DNA of 64,000 nt from Candidatus Xenobia bacterium (GCA_045863235.1 BTUM01000019.1:18691-82690); one strand, 5' to 3'. Positions 16,639 through 26,317 are shown, counted from the stretch's first letter. Translations and numbers: made by a program. Notes: generated by a model not told the origin, from the letters alone.

Positions 16639-17802
16639 TCAACGCGCGGGACTGTATCGACTCTGCAGGAGCCCTTCGACGTGGTCAGCCACCCGGCCGA
16701 TCACTCCTGGCTCACCCACCGAGGCCCGGGCCCGATCCAGGCACTCCAGCATGCGCTCGCGCTCCGGTCCCTCCTCAAAGAGCCGGATGGCCTCACGGAC
16801 CAGGTTCTCGGGGGTGGCCGTGGTCTGCAAGAACTCCGGCATCACGTCCTCGTCGAGCACCAGGTTGACCAGGCCGAAACGGTCCACCCGCATCAGCTTG
16901 AGGCGGCGCAGCAACCGATAGAGGGCCCAGTCGAAAGAGCTGCCTTTATAGAAAACCACGTGGGGAATGCGCAGGAGAGCCGCCTCCAGGCTGGCCGTTC
17001 CGCTGGTAATCAGGGCCACGCGCGAAGCGGCCAGAGCCTCCCTCGCCTGGCCCTGCAAGACGTGAAGATAGGGCGGCGTGGTGCCCAATTGCCGGGCCAG
17101 AAACGGCGCCAGCCGGGGGGTGGCGCAGGGGATCAGGAACTTCACGTCCGGATAGCGCTGACGCAACAGAGCGGCCGCCTCGAGCAATACCGGAGTCAGA
17201 TAGCGCAGTTCCTGGATGCGGCTCCCGGGTAGCAACGCGACATAGCGGCCGGGCTTCAGTCCCAGGGCCTGCTGGGCCTGTTCCAGCGGTCGGGGGGGAC
17301 CGATGATATCCACCAGCGGATGGCCGAAAAAGCCAACCTCCAGACCGTTCTTGCGGTACTGCTCGGCATTGAAGCGAAAGGCCGTCACCACGCTGGTAAC
17401 CCGCTGGTGGATCTGGTGAAGTCTCTTTGAGCTGCGGGTCCACTGAGAAGGCGGGAAGTAATACATCGTCCTGATCCCGTGCCGCTGTGCAAACCCCGCC
17501 AACCGGTAGTGGGCGGCCGGACTGTCGATCACGATCAGCAGGTCAGGGCGCACCTCGAGCAGCAGTTTGCGCATCTTCCGGTAGGCAAGCAGCAAGGTGG
17601 GGATCAGCCCGATGGCGGCGCTCGGACCGATCACGCCCCAACCGGTGCTGTCGATGAAAACCTCGACTCCGGCCGCCCTCATGGAGTGTCCTCCCGCACC
17701 GAGAATGCGCATCTGGGGGTGACGACGCTTCAATTCGGCGGCCAGAGCGGCGGCCTGCAGATCGCCCGAAGGCTCGGCCGTGCTGATGACCAGCGTGCTC
17801 AC
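16639..17802 (-). CDS. lpxB: Lipid-A-disaccharide synthase
   Basis: N-terminal ISTAEPSGDLQAA motif (the LpxB AGExSGD box), GT19 fold, about 387 aa. Confidence 0.85.
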   Translation of the reverse strand: MSTLVISTAEPSGDLQAAALAAELKRRHPQMRILGAGGHSMRAAGVEVFIDSTGWGVIGPSAAIGLIPTLLLAYRKMRKLLLEVRPDLLIVIDSPAAHYRLAGFAQRHGIRTMYYFPPSQWTRSSKRLHQIHQRVTSVVTAFRFNAEQYRKNGLEVGFFGHPLVDIIGPPRPLEQAQQALGLKPGRYVALLPGSRIQELRYLTPVLLEAAALLRQRYPDVKFLIPCATPRLAPFLARQLGTTPPYLHVLQGQAREALAASRVALITSGTASLEAALLRIPHVVFYKGSSFDWALYRLLRRLKLMRVDRFGLVNLVLDEDVMPEFLQTTATPENLVREAIRLFEEGPERERMLECLDRARASVGEPGVIGRVADHVEGLLQSRYSPAR

Positions 17803-17930
17803 GGGCTTGAGGAGAAGGTGAGAGTGACCATCCCGCGCCTTGACCCGGGCTGAATTTGCACGCGCGCGACTGGGGACAATCTGTTGAACGACGCCGCGCC
17901 AATTCCTGAAGGGGTCAACGCACGGCGCCT

Positions 17931-18755
17931 TTAGACCCCGGCGGCTTCGGCCGCCAGAGTGCGGCCGTTGATGCCCTGACCCTCGCGGCGAATGCAGACG
18001 CCCTGTCGGGAGGGGTTCTCGAGGAATCGGATCAGGTGCCCGGTTTCGTTATTGGAAGGAATGGTACGGCGCATGGCATCGACGGCCTGGGACAAATTGA
18101 GGCCCGAACGCAGCATCAACTGGTAGCACCGTTTGAGGTCGTGGCGCACCTCGCGGGGGATCCCTCGTCGCTGCATACCGCGGATGTTCATCCCGTAAAT
18201 GCGGGCCGGTTGCCCGTCTACCAGAGAGAAGGGGGGCACGTCCTGGATGACCTTGGCCAGGCCGCCCACCATGGCCAGTCGGCCGATGCGAACGAACTGG
18301 TGGAAGCCACTCATTCCCCCGAGCACGGCCTGATCTTCCACGTCCACGTGGCCGGCCAGTCCAACCGAGTTGGCGATGACGATCTGGTTGCCCAGCGTGC
18401 AGTTATGAGCCACGTGCGTATAGGCCATAATCAGGTTGTCGTCGCCGATGGAGGTGACGCCCTCGGGCTCATAGGCGCGATGAATGGTGACATACTCACG
18501 GATGATGTTGCGGTCGCCCAGGCGAGTATACGCACGGTCGCCACTGTAGCGAAGGTCTTGAGGAGCCACCCCGATGACCGCACCGGGCCAGATCTCGTTC
18601 TCCTGGCCGATCTCGGTCCACTCCCCGATCACGACCGAGGAGTGGATGCGGGTGCCACGACCGACCTTCACGTTGGCGGATACAATGGAGAACGGACCCA
18701 CCTCGACGTCTTCGCCAAGTTGGGCCCCCGGATCGACAATTGCCGAGGGATGCAC
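17931..18755 (-). CDS. lpxA: Acyl-ACP--UDP-N-acetylglucosamine O-acyltransferase
   Basis: MHPSAIVDPGAQLGEDVEVGPFSIV hexapeptide beta-helix and the LpxA C-terminal helical domain. Confidence 0.9.
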   Translation of the reverse strand: MHPSAIVDPGAQLGEDVEVGPFSIVSANVKVGRGTRIHSSVVIGEWTEIGQENEIWPGAVIGVAPQDLRYSGDRAYTRLGDRNIIREYVTIHRAYEPEGVTSIGDDNLIMAYTHVAHNCTLGNQIVIANSVGLAGHVDVEDQAVLGGMSGFHQFVRIGRLAMVGGLAKVIQDVPPFSLVDGQPARIYGMNIRGMQRRGIPREVRHDLKRCYQLMLRSGLNLSQAVDAMRRTIPSNNETGHLIRFLENPSRQGVCIRREGQGINGRTLAAEAAGV

Positions 18756-18783
18756 TCTAGTCAGAGCAGCGCCACTCCTCTCG

Positions 18784-19812
18784 CTAACCCGCTAACGCGA
18801 TCAAATCTTTCGGCAGCGGAGCCTTGGACTTGACGATTTTCATTCGGGCCAGAACCTGCATTGCAAGCTCAAGTGCTCGTTTGCCATCCTCGCCGGTCAC
18901 CAGCGGGGTTTTGTGGGTGGCCACGCAGTCGGCAAAGTGACTCAATTCGAGGCGAAGCGGCTCTTTCTTCTCAAGCTGGACAAACTCGGGAGCCATCGGA
19001 TAACCGTTGGAGGGTGGGCGCAGAATGGACAAATTCTGGTTGATGAAGTCGAGGCAGAGTGTCCGGCCCGAGTCTTCGGTGACCTTCAGTTGACGCAACC
19101 GCTCTCCGCTTACCCGGCTGGCCATCAGGCTGGCGGCGGTTCCGTTCTTGAAGAGCAGATGCACCTGGGCGATGTCCTCGAAGTCGGAGTAGACGGACAC
19201 GCCCACCGCATTGATCTCCACCACGGGCGAATTGACCAGGTTGATGAGGATATCCAGGTCGTGGATCATGAGGTCCCAGACAACCCCCACGTCGAGGTTC
19301 CGGTTGGTCGGGTAGGAGAGTCGGTGCGACTCGAGGTGAATGGGCCGACCCAGGACTTCGCGCAGTTTGCCCACCGCAGGATTGAAGCGCTCCAGGTGGC
19401 CCACCTGAAGCACCAGGTTGCGCTTCTTGGCGTAGTCCACCAGGCGCTTGGCCTGAATCAGATCCACGGTGATGGGTTTCTCCACCAGAACGTGAATGTC
19501 GCGAGCCAGAAACTCCATGGCCAGCTCGTAATGAAAGATGGTGGGGGCAACGATGTTCACGGCTTCGACCCGCTCGAACAGGTCGCGGTAGCTGTTGAAG
19601 AACTGGGTATGAAACCGGTCCGAGCAGATGCGACCGCGGGCCTCGTTGACATCGACGACGCCGACCAGCTCGGTCTGGGGAAGCTCGGAATAGACCCGGG
19701 CATGGTGCACGCCCATGTTCCCGATGCCCACCACTCCCACTTTGACCGGTTCCAAGACTTTGCGCCTCCTTCGTCCTGAGGCCCCGCTCCTCAACGGCGA
19801 ATCCCTTGCCAC
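18784..19812 (-). CDS. Gfo/Idh/MocA family NAD(P)-dependent oxidoreductase
   Basis: Rossmann VKVGVVGIGNMG near the N-terminus, the Gfo/Idh/MocA EKP motif (VLVEKPI) and a C-terminal alpha/beta domain. The true start may be an internal GTG. Confidence 0.8.
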   Translation of the reverse strand: MARDSPLRSGASGRRRRKVLEPVKVGVVGIGNMGVHHARVYSELPQTELVGVVDVNEARGRICSDRFHTQFFNSYRDLFERVEAVNIVAPTIFHYELAMEFLARDIHVLVEKPITVDLIQAKRLVDYAKKRNLVLQVGHLERFNPAVGKLREVLGRPIHLESHRLSYPTNRNLDVGVVWDLMIHDLDILINLVNSPVVEINAVGVSVYSDFEDIAQVHLLFKNGTAASLMASRVSGERLRQLKVTEDSGRTLCLDFINQNLSILRPPSNGYPMAPEFVQLEKKEPLRLELSHFADCVATHKTPLVTGEDGKRALELAMQVLARMKIVKSKAPLPKDLIALAG

Positions 19813-19894
19813 TCGCGGGAGTGCCCCGCAAGATCTGCTGGTCGAGTATTTCCCAAAACTTCGCCGGATGCCAGGGAGATCCTGTTAAAATCCT

Positions 19895-20374
19895 TCACGA
19901 TTTTGTGACCGTTCCGCCATCCAGGGCGCCTGGAGAAAGCCCTGCTCCGACACTCACGGGCACGGTCTGGGAATTTGAATGCGCTTCCAGAGTAAAATCG
20001 CCCTGCATGGCCGTCTTCTCTTCAACCAGCGCCTGACACCGCAGCCGATAGCGCTCTCCTTCCCGTTCAAGCAACTCGACCTGCAGGTCGAGTCGGTCGC
20101 CCGGAACGACCTGGCGCCGGAATTTCAGGCGCTCGATGCGCACCACTCGAAAGCCACGGCCCAGGAAGATCCAGGCCAATTGCAGCAGGCTCTCGATTTG
20201 CAGCACCCCGGGCATAACCGGAAAGTGCGGAAAATGGCCCCGAAAGTACGGCTCATTGATGGTGACGTTCTTGTAGCCGGTAGCGCGTTTCTCGTCAAGC
20301 TCCAGAACCCGATCCAAGAGCAGGCATGGGTAACGGTGGGGCAACCTCTTCCTGATTTCGCTCATCTCCAACAT
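19895..20374 (-). CDS. fabZ: 3-hydroxyacyl-ACP dehydratase
   Basis: LPHRYPCLLLDRV..EPYFRGHFPHFPVMPGVL hot-dog fold motifs. Confidence 0.9.
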   Translation of the reverse strand: MLEMSEIRKRLPHRYPCLLLDRVLELDEKRATGYKNVTINEPYFRGHFPHFPVMPGVLQIESLLQLAWIFLGRGFRVVRIERLKFRRQVVPGDRLDLQVELLEREGERYRLRCQALVEEKTAMQGDFTLEAHSNSQTVPVSVGAGLSPGALDGGTVTKS

Positions 20375-21200
20375 CGGTCGGGTCCTCCTTCAGTACTTTG
20401 CCCACCAACTCGACATGCAAGCGGTGGCCGGCCTTGACCGCCACCACCCGGGCCATCAGATCGCATCCAAGCAGTGCCAGATCCCCCACCAGGTCAAGAC
20501 ACTTGTGACGCACGGGCTCGTCGGGAAAACGAAGCTCTGAGGTGTAGCCGTCGGAACGGATCACCAGAGCGTTGGACAGATCTCCCCCCCTGGCCAGACC
20601 CCTCTCGAGCAGGGCCTCGACCTCCTCCATGAAGCCATAGGTGCGAGCCGCAGCCAATCCTGAGAGGAAGCTCTCCGGGGTAGGCGTGTGATGAACCTGC
20701 TGGTAGGTGATCATCGGATGCTGATAATGCAGCGAATACTCCAGCCGCGCCTCGGCCGCAGGCAGAGCCAGCACCAGGGCGTTCTCGTCGCCCACCCAGA
20801 GAGGTCGCGTCAGCACGTGCCGGCAGGCGGGCCGCTCCTGGCCAACGACGCCGACGGCCAGAAAGGCCTCCGCGAACGGCAGAGCAGAGCCGTCCAGAAT
20901 GGGCACCTCAGGGCCCTCGATCAAGATGCGGAGGTTGTCGAGTCGAAGACCCGCGCAGGCGGCCAGCAAATGCTCGACGGTGCTGACCGAAACCCCCCCG
21001 GCCGAGAGCACGGTGCAGCGCTCGACTGAGCTCACCCGGGCGTGCAAGGCGGGGATCTCCTGACCGTGACGAACGAACACCCGACCGGAGTCGACGGGAG
21101 CCGGCAGTACTTCAACCCGGGCCAACTGGCCCAGGTGAATGCCCACCCCCTCGAAGCGCACCGGGGCAGCCAGTGTTTGCTGGGGCCTGCTCACTTCCAT
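20295..21200 (-). CDS. lpxC: UDP-3-O-acyl-N-acetylglucosamine deacetylase
   Basis: QQTLAAPVRFEGVGIHLGQ N-terminus and HxxEH-type zinc motifs (VEHLLAACAG). Start taken at the internal MEVSRPQQTL. The 3' end overlaps the fabZ start by about 70-80 nt in a different frame. Confidence 0.85.
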   Translation of the reverse strand: MEVSRPQQTLAAPVRFEGVGIHLGQLARVEVLPAPVDSGRVFVRHGQEIPALHARVSSVERCTVLSAGGVSVSTVEHLLAACAGLRLDNLRILIEGPEVPILDGSALPFAEAFLAVGVVGQERPACRHVLTRPLWVGDENALVLALPAAEARLEYSLHYQHPMITYQQVHHTPTPESFLSGLAAARTYGFMEEVEALLERGLARGGDLSNALVIRSDGYTSELRFPDEPVRHKCLDLVGDLALLGCDLMARVVAVKAGHRLHVELVGKVLKEDPTDVGDERNQEEVAPPLPMPALGSGSGA

Positions 21201-22999
21201 TCGGTCCCTCCCGGAACTTGCAGAGGACCGGAGGTAGTCGGCTCGCCCTGCCCCGTCACGTCGTGCCATTGCAGTTCGGCCGGGTAACTCGAGGAGGCCT
21301 CGGGGAAGGTCAGCAGACGCACGACCTTCTTTTCGCCCGGCCCCAGGTCGAAGTGGCGAACCAGGCTTGGCGGAGCGCCTTGCGGCTTGCGAAAGGGGGT
21401 TTCATAAACCTTGCCGTCGATGAGAAACGAGCCGGCGGCGGGTCCGTTCAGAGGCAGAAAATAGAGACCCACCCGGACCGGGAAGGGGCGCGGATTGATC
21501 AGTGTCGTCTCCAGCCGATAAAACACCCCGAAATTGCCGGTGTTGGGCAACCCGGTTTCGAAGTCGATCAGCCAGGGATCTTCTCCGAAGCGCACCCCGA
21601 CCGGGGCTCCCCCGGTGCGAAACTCGAGCTCTTCTTCGAAATATGGCTGGGCAAAGACGCCGTGGGGGTGAATCTTGAAAGGGTTGAAGGGGGCGCCCAG
21701 GTGGGGCAACTTCTTACCGTCGTTGAAGCTGGGGGCCAGCTCGGTGCGCACTTCGACCTCCAGCGACTCGCCTTCCAGAATGCGGAGGTTGGCAAAGCCG
21801 GTCACCAGAGCCTGGGTGCCAACCTCATGGGCAGCCAGCTCCAGCTTCGTCCGCGGCGGCATGGTGAGCACGTAACCAGCGCCGTCCCCCTCTTGCTCGA
21901 GAAATCGCGTGGCCGAGGTGTGCCCTACCAGAACCTCGTTCCGACTCGGACCAGCGTACAGCGTGTTGACCAGCACCTTGACTGCCTGGTCGTTGGGGTT
22001 CTCCAGATTGACCCACAGGTTGCGCTTGCCTTTGGAGATGTTTTTATGGCTGTACATCAGCCGGCTGGGCTCTTTCTGGCTGAACTTGTATTGCAGCAGG
22101 ACCCCATCCACGTCAACGAGTTCGGGGCGATTGGAGACCAACAGCAAGTTGGCCTCGACCGGCTCGACGTCCAGGCTGCTGACCACAACGGGCAGGCTCC
22201 TGGCGACAGGATAATAATCCTCGCTGCCTTCGATCTTGATAGGCACGGTCAGTCGCATCATCTGGCCGCGCGGGACGGAAGGGAGCTCGCTCAAATCCCC
22301 CCCCACGCTCATCACACAGCCCGGACGCACCCGGGCCTGCACATAGGCTTCCCGCAAGACCCCTTCGGCCACCACCGCGCCCGGGGCTGGATTGCCCACC
22401 ACCTGGACGTTGACCACCTCGGGCAAGGTTCCGGCCCAGTCCTTGACGTGGACGAAGAGATAGGCCTGACCCTGGCCTCGACGCACCTTCAAGCGGGTCT
22501 TGCCCACCCGCGATCCGGTCAGGGTCAAGAGCCCGGTCTCATCGACCGCAGCCTGGACCACCCCGTTGGCGTCCTCCACCTCGATGGGCCCTTCGGCCAG
22601 GCCGGTCACCTCGATCGTGCGCGCCTCGCCAACGGGCATAACCACTCGCCCGGGAGAAAGTCGCACCAACCCATCGGCGACCAGCTCGTGCAGGTTGTTG
22701 GCCCAGCGCAGAGCCAGCTTGAGGGGGTCGCTCTGGTTGGCCGCGGCCATGCTCCTGGTGACCTCGACGATCAGCACCCCGCCCCAGAGAATGGTGGCGC
22801 CATTCTTACTCTTGACGACCTTGATGCCTTCGGGGTCGGCCCCTCGCTCGAGTTGCGCTTCGATGCGCCGGGACACGGCTTCGGCCTGCTCGGCGCTTTC
22901 CAGTCGCATCACGACTCGATCGCCCAGAGTGACTTCCTGGGCCAGACCAGGCAAAGCCAGGGCCAGGAAAAAGACCATAACCAGGACCCGAACGCTCAC
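21191..22999 (-). CDS. Secreted hypothetical protein (602 aa) embedded in lipid A cluster
   Basis: Signal peptide MSVRVLVMVFFLALALPGLAQE. No recognisable enzymatic motifs. Beta-rich composition. Confidence 0.55.
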   Translation of the reverse strand: MSVRVLVMVFFLALALPGLAQEVTLGDRVVMRLESAEQAEAVSRRIEAQLERGADPEGIKVVKSKNGATILWGGVLIVEVTRSMAAANQSDPLKLALRWANNLHELVADGLVRLSPGRVVMPVGEARTIEVTGLAEGPIEVEDANGVVQAAVDETGLLTLTGSRVGKTRLKVRRGQGQAYLFVHVKDWAGTLPEVVNVQVVGNPAPGAVVAEGVLREAYVQARVRPGCVMSVGGDLSELPSVPRGQMMRLTVPIKIEGSEDYYPVARSLPVVVSSLDVEPVEANLLLVSNRPELVDVDGVLLQYKFSQKEPSRLMYSHKNISKGKRNLWVNLENPNDQAVKVLVNTLYAGPSRNEVLVGHTSATRFLEQEGDGAGYVLTMPPRTKLELAAHEVGTQALVTGFANLRILEGESLEVEVRTELAPSFNDGKKLPHLGAPFNPFKIHPHGVFAQPYFEEELEFRTGGAPVGVRFGEDPWLIDFETGLPNTGNFGVFYRLETTLINPRPFPVRVGLYFLPLNGPAAGSFLIDGKVYETPFRKPQGAPPSLVRHFDLGPGEKKVVRLLTFPEASSSYPAELQWHDVTGQGEPTTSGPLQVPGGTEWK

Positions 23000-23919
23000 T
23001 GGCGATCTCCCAGCAGGCGCTCGAGCTCCTTGAGCGCCTGCGGCAGCCGGTGAAGAGCGGCATACACCTCGACCGCTTCCTTCCTGTCACGCCCCGGGTA
23101 CCCGGCCAGAACCGCGCCCGGAGGCACCTTCTTACGCATCGAGCCGCAACGCGGCAAAAGCTCGACCCCGTCACCAAGCTCTACATGGCCGAGAGTTCCG
23201 CTCTGCCAGCCCAGACGGCAATCCTGCCCGATGTGGGCCGAACCGGGCAGGCCAACCTGCTCGCCGATGACGGTCCGGTCGCCAACCTGGACGTTGTGAC
23301 CGATCTGAGTCAGGCTGCCAATCCTCACCTCGCGGCCGATCCGGGTGGTCGTGGTGGTGGCCCGGTCGATGCACACACCGGACTCGATGACCGAGTCGTC
23401 GCCGACCTCCACCAGACCCACCTGAGGAATCTTGAGGTGCTGGCCCTGGTCCACCACGTAGCCGTAACCGTCGCTGCCCAGAATGGCACCCGAGGCCACT
23501 CGAACCCTGCGACCCAGGCGCACTCCTTGCATCAGCACGGCCCCCGGCTCGAGCAAGCACTCCTCGCCGACCTCAACGCCGGCGGCGACGAAACAGCACG
23601 GCCCGACCAGCACGCGGTCACCCAGGCGAGCACCGGGCTCGACCACGGCCCCGGCTCCGACGGTAACCCCCTCGCCCAACCAGGCCTCGGCCGACACGGC
23701 TGCTCCCGGCACCAGGGTGAGACAGTCTCTGAGACGCTGGTAAAGCTGCTCGTCGCCCTGGAGCTCGACCCCCACGGTAGCGTCCCCACCTGTGCTGCCA
23801 GGAGGACCCAGCCCCCCCGGGCGGGCTCCCAGGCAGCTGATGCGCAGTTCGGGCTGGTCGGTAGTAGCGCCGAATTCTCGGGCCAGATCGACCAGACGCC
23901 AGGGTGGACCGTTTAGCAA
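22996..23919 (-). CDS. lpxD: UDP-3-O-acylglucosamine N-acyltransferase paralog
   Basis: Hexapeptide beta-helix with the LpxD C-terminal helix. This is the second LpxD-family gene in the window. Confidence 0.8.
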   Translation of the reverse strand: MLNGPPWRLVDLAREFGATTDQPELRISCLGARPGGLGPPGSTGGDATVGVELQGDEQLYQRLRDCLTLVPGAAVSAEAWLGEGVTVGAGAVVEPGARLGDRVLVGPCCFVAAGVEVGEECLLEPGAVLMQGVRLGRRVRVASGAILGSDGYGYVVDQGQHLKIPQVGLVEVGDDSVIESGVCIDRATTTTTRIGREVRIGSLTQIGHNVQVGDRTVIGEQVGLPGSAHIGQDCRLGWQSGTLGHVELGDGVELLPRCGSMRKKVPPGAVLAGYPGRDRKEAVEVYAALHRLPQALKELERLLGDRQ

Positions 23920-23946
23920 AGGCGATATCCTCGCACGGATGGTCAG

Positions 23947-24390
23947 CTACTTCTGGTTCAGCTTGATGAGGATGTCGGTGGTCACATTCTCACCGCTCGT
24001 GTACTGCACGGCGGGCAGATGCATGGTATCGATCACGACCACGTCCAGCCCCCGCTCGCGGGCCACCTGCTCGGAAGCCTGGGTGATGCGCCGGTAGGCG
24101 TCTTCGTAAAACTTGCTCGAGCGAGCCTGCCACGACTTGGAGGCCCGCTGGATGCGGTCGTTGAGGTCCTTCAGCTTCCGCTTGTCAAACTCTTCCCTGG
24201 ATTGGGGAATGCTGGAGAGAAAGCTCCCCGTCTCCGCTGCCCAACTCAAGTTCATGTCACGAAACTCGGGCATCTCGCTGACCACACGCTCGGTATTGAC
24301 GACGCCGACCTTCAGCTTGCGCGGCTCGCCCTGACCGCAACCGACGACCAGCAACACCAGGCTCAAGAGGACGGCTCTGGTCATGCTCAT
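23947..24390 (-). CDS. OmpH/Skp family periplasmic chaperone (lipoprotein-type signal)
   Basis: 147 aa. Signal with LLVVGCG lipobox. OmpH-like N- and C-terminal motifs (KVGVVNTERV ... LDVVVIDTMHL). Confidence 0.75.
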   Translation of the reverse strand: MSMTRAVLLSLVLLVVGCGQGEPRKLKVGVVNTERVVSEMPEFRDMNLSWAAETGSFLSSIPQSREEFDKRKLKDLNDRIQRASKSWQARSSKFYEDAYRRITQASEQVARERGLDVVVIDTMHLPAVQYTSGENVTTDILIKLNQK

Positions 24391-24875
24391 TTCTTCTTCT
24401 CGGGCGCCTTCGGCGGAGTTTGCTGGAGTTTGAGCTCCAGGTCCTGGGTGATGCTCACCGCGCCATACTCCACGGTGGGATAGCCAGGCGTGTCCACCAA
24501 CACGAGGTCGATGCCCTTATCCTTGCTGACCGCCTCGGCCGCCTCGCTGATGTGCGCGAAACGGGTCTTGAGGAACTCCTGAGTCTTGGTGAACCACTTC
24601 TTGTCCAGCTCGGCATTCATCTGGCGGAACTTGCTCAGATCGGTCTGGCTAAGATTGCTCGGGCCTCCGGCCTCGCGAATGCGGGCGTTGATCTTCTTCT
24701 GCAACTCGACCCGGGCCTTGGCATAGTCGCTGGCCATCTTCTGATAATCCGGGTCGCTCTGCACCAGCGAAACGGTGTTCACAGTTCCGGTCGTCAATTT
24801 GCCCGTGGGGCTGCAACCGACCAGAGCCAACAGCCCCAGCGCCACCCCCAACAATGCCGTGCGTTTCATAAACAT
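24387..24875 (-). CDS. OmpH/Skp family periplasmic chaperone (lipoprotein-type signal)
   Basis: 162 aa. Signal LLALVGCS. Motifs TGTVNTVSLV ... IDLVLVDTPGYP and a Lys-rich tail. Confidence 0.75.
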   Translation of the reverse strand: MFMKRTALLGVALGLLALVGCSPTGKLTTGTVNTVSLVQSDPDYQKMASDYAKARVELQKKINARIREAGGPSNLSQTDLSKFRQMNAELDKKWFTKTQEFLKTRFAHISEAAEAVSKDKGIDLVLVDTPGYPTVEYGAVSITQDLELKLQQTPPKAPEKKK

Positions 24876-24879
24876 CCTC

Positions 24880-26304
24880 CTAGGGCGATTCGGGCCTGGC
24901 CTTGGTCTTGATAGCGACCATCGCGTAGTCAGTCAGATCGACACAGCCACGATTCTCAACGTAGGTGCCGATCACAATGTCGATCTTCTGCTTCTTGGCC
25001 ACTTCGCCGATGTCGCCCTTGAGGTCCGCCACCATCTTGTCGAAAAGCTCGTTACGCTGTGTCTGGAGCTTGTCACGCTGCTCCTCGAGCACCTTGATCT
25101 TCTCCCTGGTGGCTGCCGAGAGTCCCTCTCGGGCATTGGCCTGCACGGCCTTCTTCAGCTCTTCTTGCTGCTTCTCAATGCGGGCCTTCAGCTCTTCCGA
25201 CTTTGTCTTGAGCCGGGCCACGGCCACACCCTGCTCGGCTTCCATCTTCTGGCGAGCGGCAGCCGCTTCGGCCTCCATCTTGGAGCGCAGCTCATCTTGC
25301 TTCTTGGCGATCATCGCCTTGATCTCCGGTGTCAAGGTGGGCTGCTTGGGGCGAGGGGCCGGGGGAGGGGCCCCCGCGCTGGCAGGCAGAGCCCCGATCT
25401 GGCCCTCGACCTCGCGATTGACTTTGTCGATGGCGGCTTTGGTTTCGGCCGCCTGGCGGGCCTCGGAATCGGCCCGGAAGGTCTTGAAGCTGCCCTCGAG
25501 CTCGGCACGCTTGGCGTCCTTGAGCCGCTCTTCCTCGTCCGAGATGGCCTCGAGCTGGGCCTGCAGGTCGGCCTGCTCGGCCTCGTCCTTGGCCACCTGA
25601 ACTTTCAGCTGAAGGTTCAGCTTCTCTTGCTGATGGGTCTTCATGATCTCGTCTTCGTACGCGGCGATCTCCGAGTCGATGCGGGCTCGCTCGGCCTCGC
25701 GCTGCTCGCGGTGCACTTTCTCGACCTCGAGCTTGATGGCTTGAACCTTGCGCTCGCGCAGGAGCAAGAGGTTCTTGCGCTGCTCGCCGAGAGGCGCCGG
25801 CATGTTGACTGGCTCGGCCGGCGCGGCCGCTTCAGGAGCGTTCTTCTTGATGTAGGCTTCGAGCTCTTTCTGCATCTCGGCCGAGCCCTTGGCTGCCTCA
25901 GCATCGAGCCGGGCCTTCATCTGATCGGAGAGCCCTGCCATCTCGGCCGCGATGGCCGCCTGCTCGGCCTCCATCTCGGACTGCGCTCTCATGAGCTCTT
26001 TCTTGTACTTCTCCTGGGCGGCTCTCAGAATGTCATCGCGGTCCTGCATAGGCGCGAACTCGATCTCTTGCTTGAGCCCGGCCAGTTGCTCGTCGAGTTG
26101 GGTCAAGCGCTCGTAGTCAGGATGAGCCTTGAGCAGGTTGGAATAGTCCACCACGCCCAGCGTGCCGCCCAGGGCCTCACGGACCGCAGCCTGCTGATCT
26201 TGAGCCCCCACCGGAGTCGCCAGAAAGGCGCCCGAGGCCAGGACCGAAACCAGCGCCAATCCACTCCCCCAGCGCAACCATGCGGATCGCAAAGTGTTGT
26301 GCAT
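24880..26304 (-). CDS. Extended coiled-coil OmpH/Skp-like protein
   Basis: 474 aa. Signal peptide. OmpH-like N-terminus (LGVVDYSNLLKAHPDY) and C-terminus (IDIVIGTYVENRG). The roughly 350-aa middle is Glu/Ala/Lys/Gln-rich coiled coil. Confidence 0.6.
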   Translation of the reverse strand: MHNTLRSAWLRWGSGLALVSVLASGAFLATPVGAQDQQAAVREALGGTLGVVDYSNLLKAHPDYERLTQLDEQLAGLKQEIEFAPMQDRDDILRAAQEKYKKELMRAQSEMEAEQAAIAAEMAGLSDQMKARLDAEAAKGSAEMQKELEAYIKKNAPEAAAPAEPVNMPAPLGEQRKNLLLLRERKVQAIKLEVEKVHREQREAERARIDSEIAAYEDEIMKTHQQEKLNLQLKVQVAKDEAEQADLQAQLEAISDEEERLKDAKRAELEGSFKTFRADSEARQAAETKAAIDKVNREVEGQIGALPASAGAPPPAPRPKQPTLTPEIKAMIAKKQDELRSKMEAEAAAARQKMEAEQGVAVARLKTKSEELKARIEKQQEELKKAVQANAREGLSAATREKIKVLEEQRDKLQTQRNELFDKMVADLKGDIGEVAKKQKIDIVIGTYVENRGCVDLTDYAMVAIKTKARPESP

Positions 26305-26317
26305 GACCTTGCCCTCC

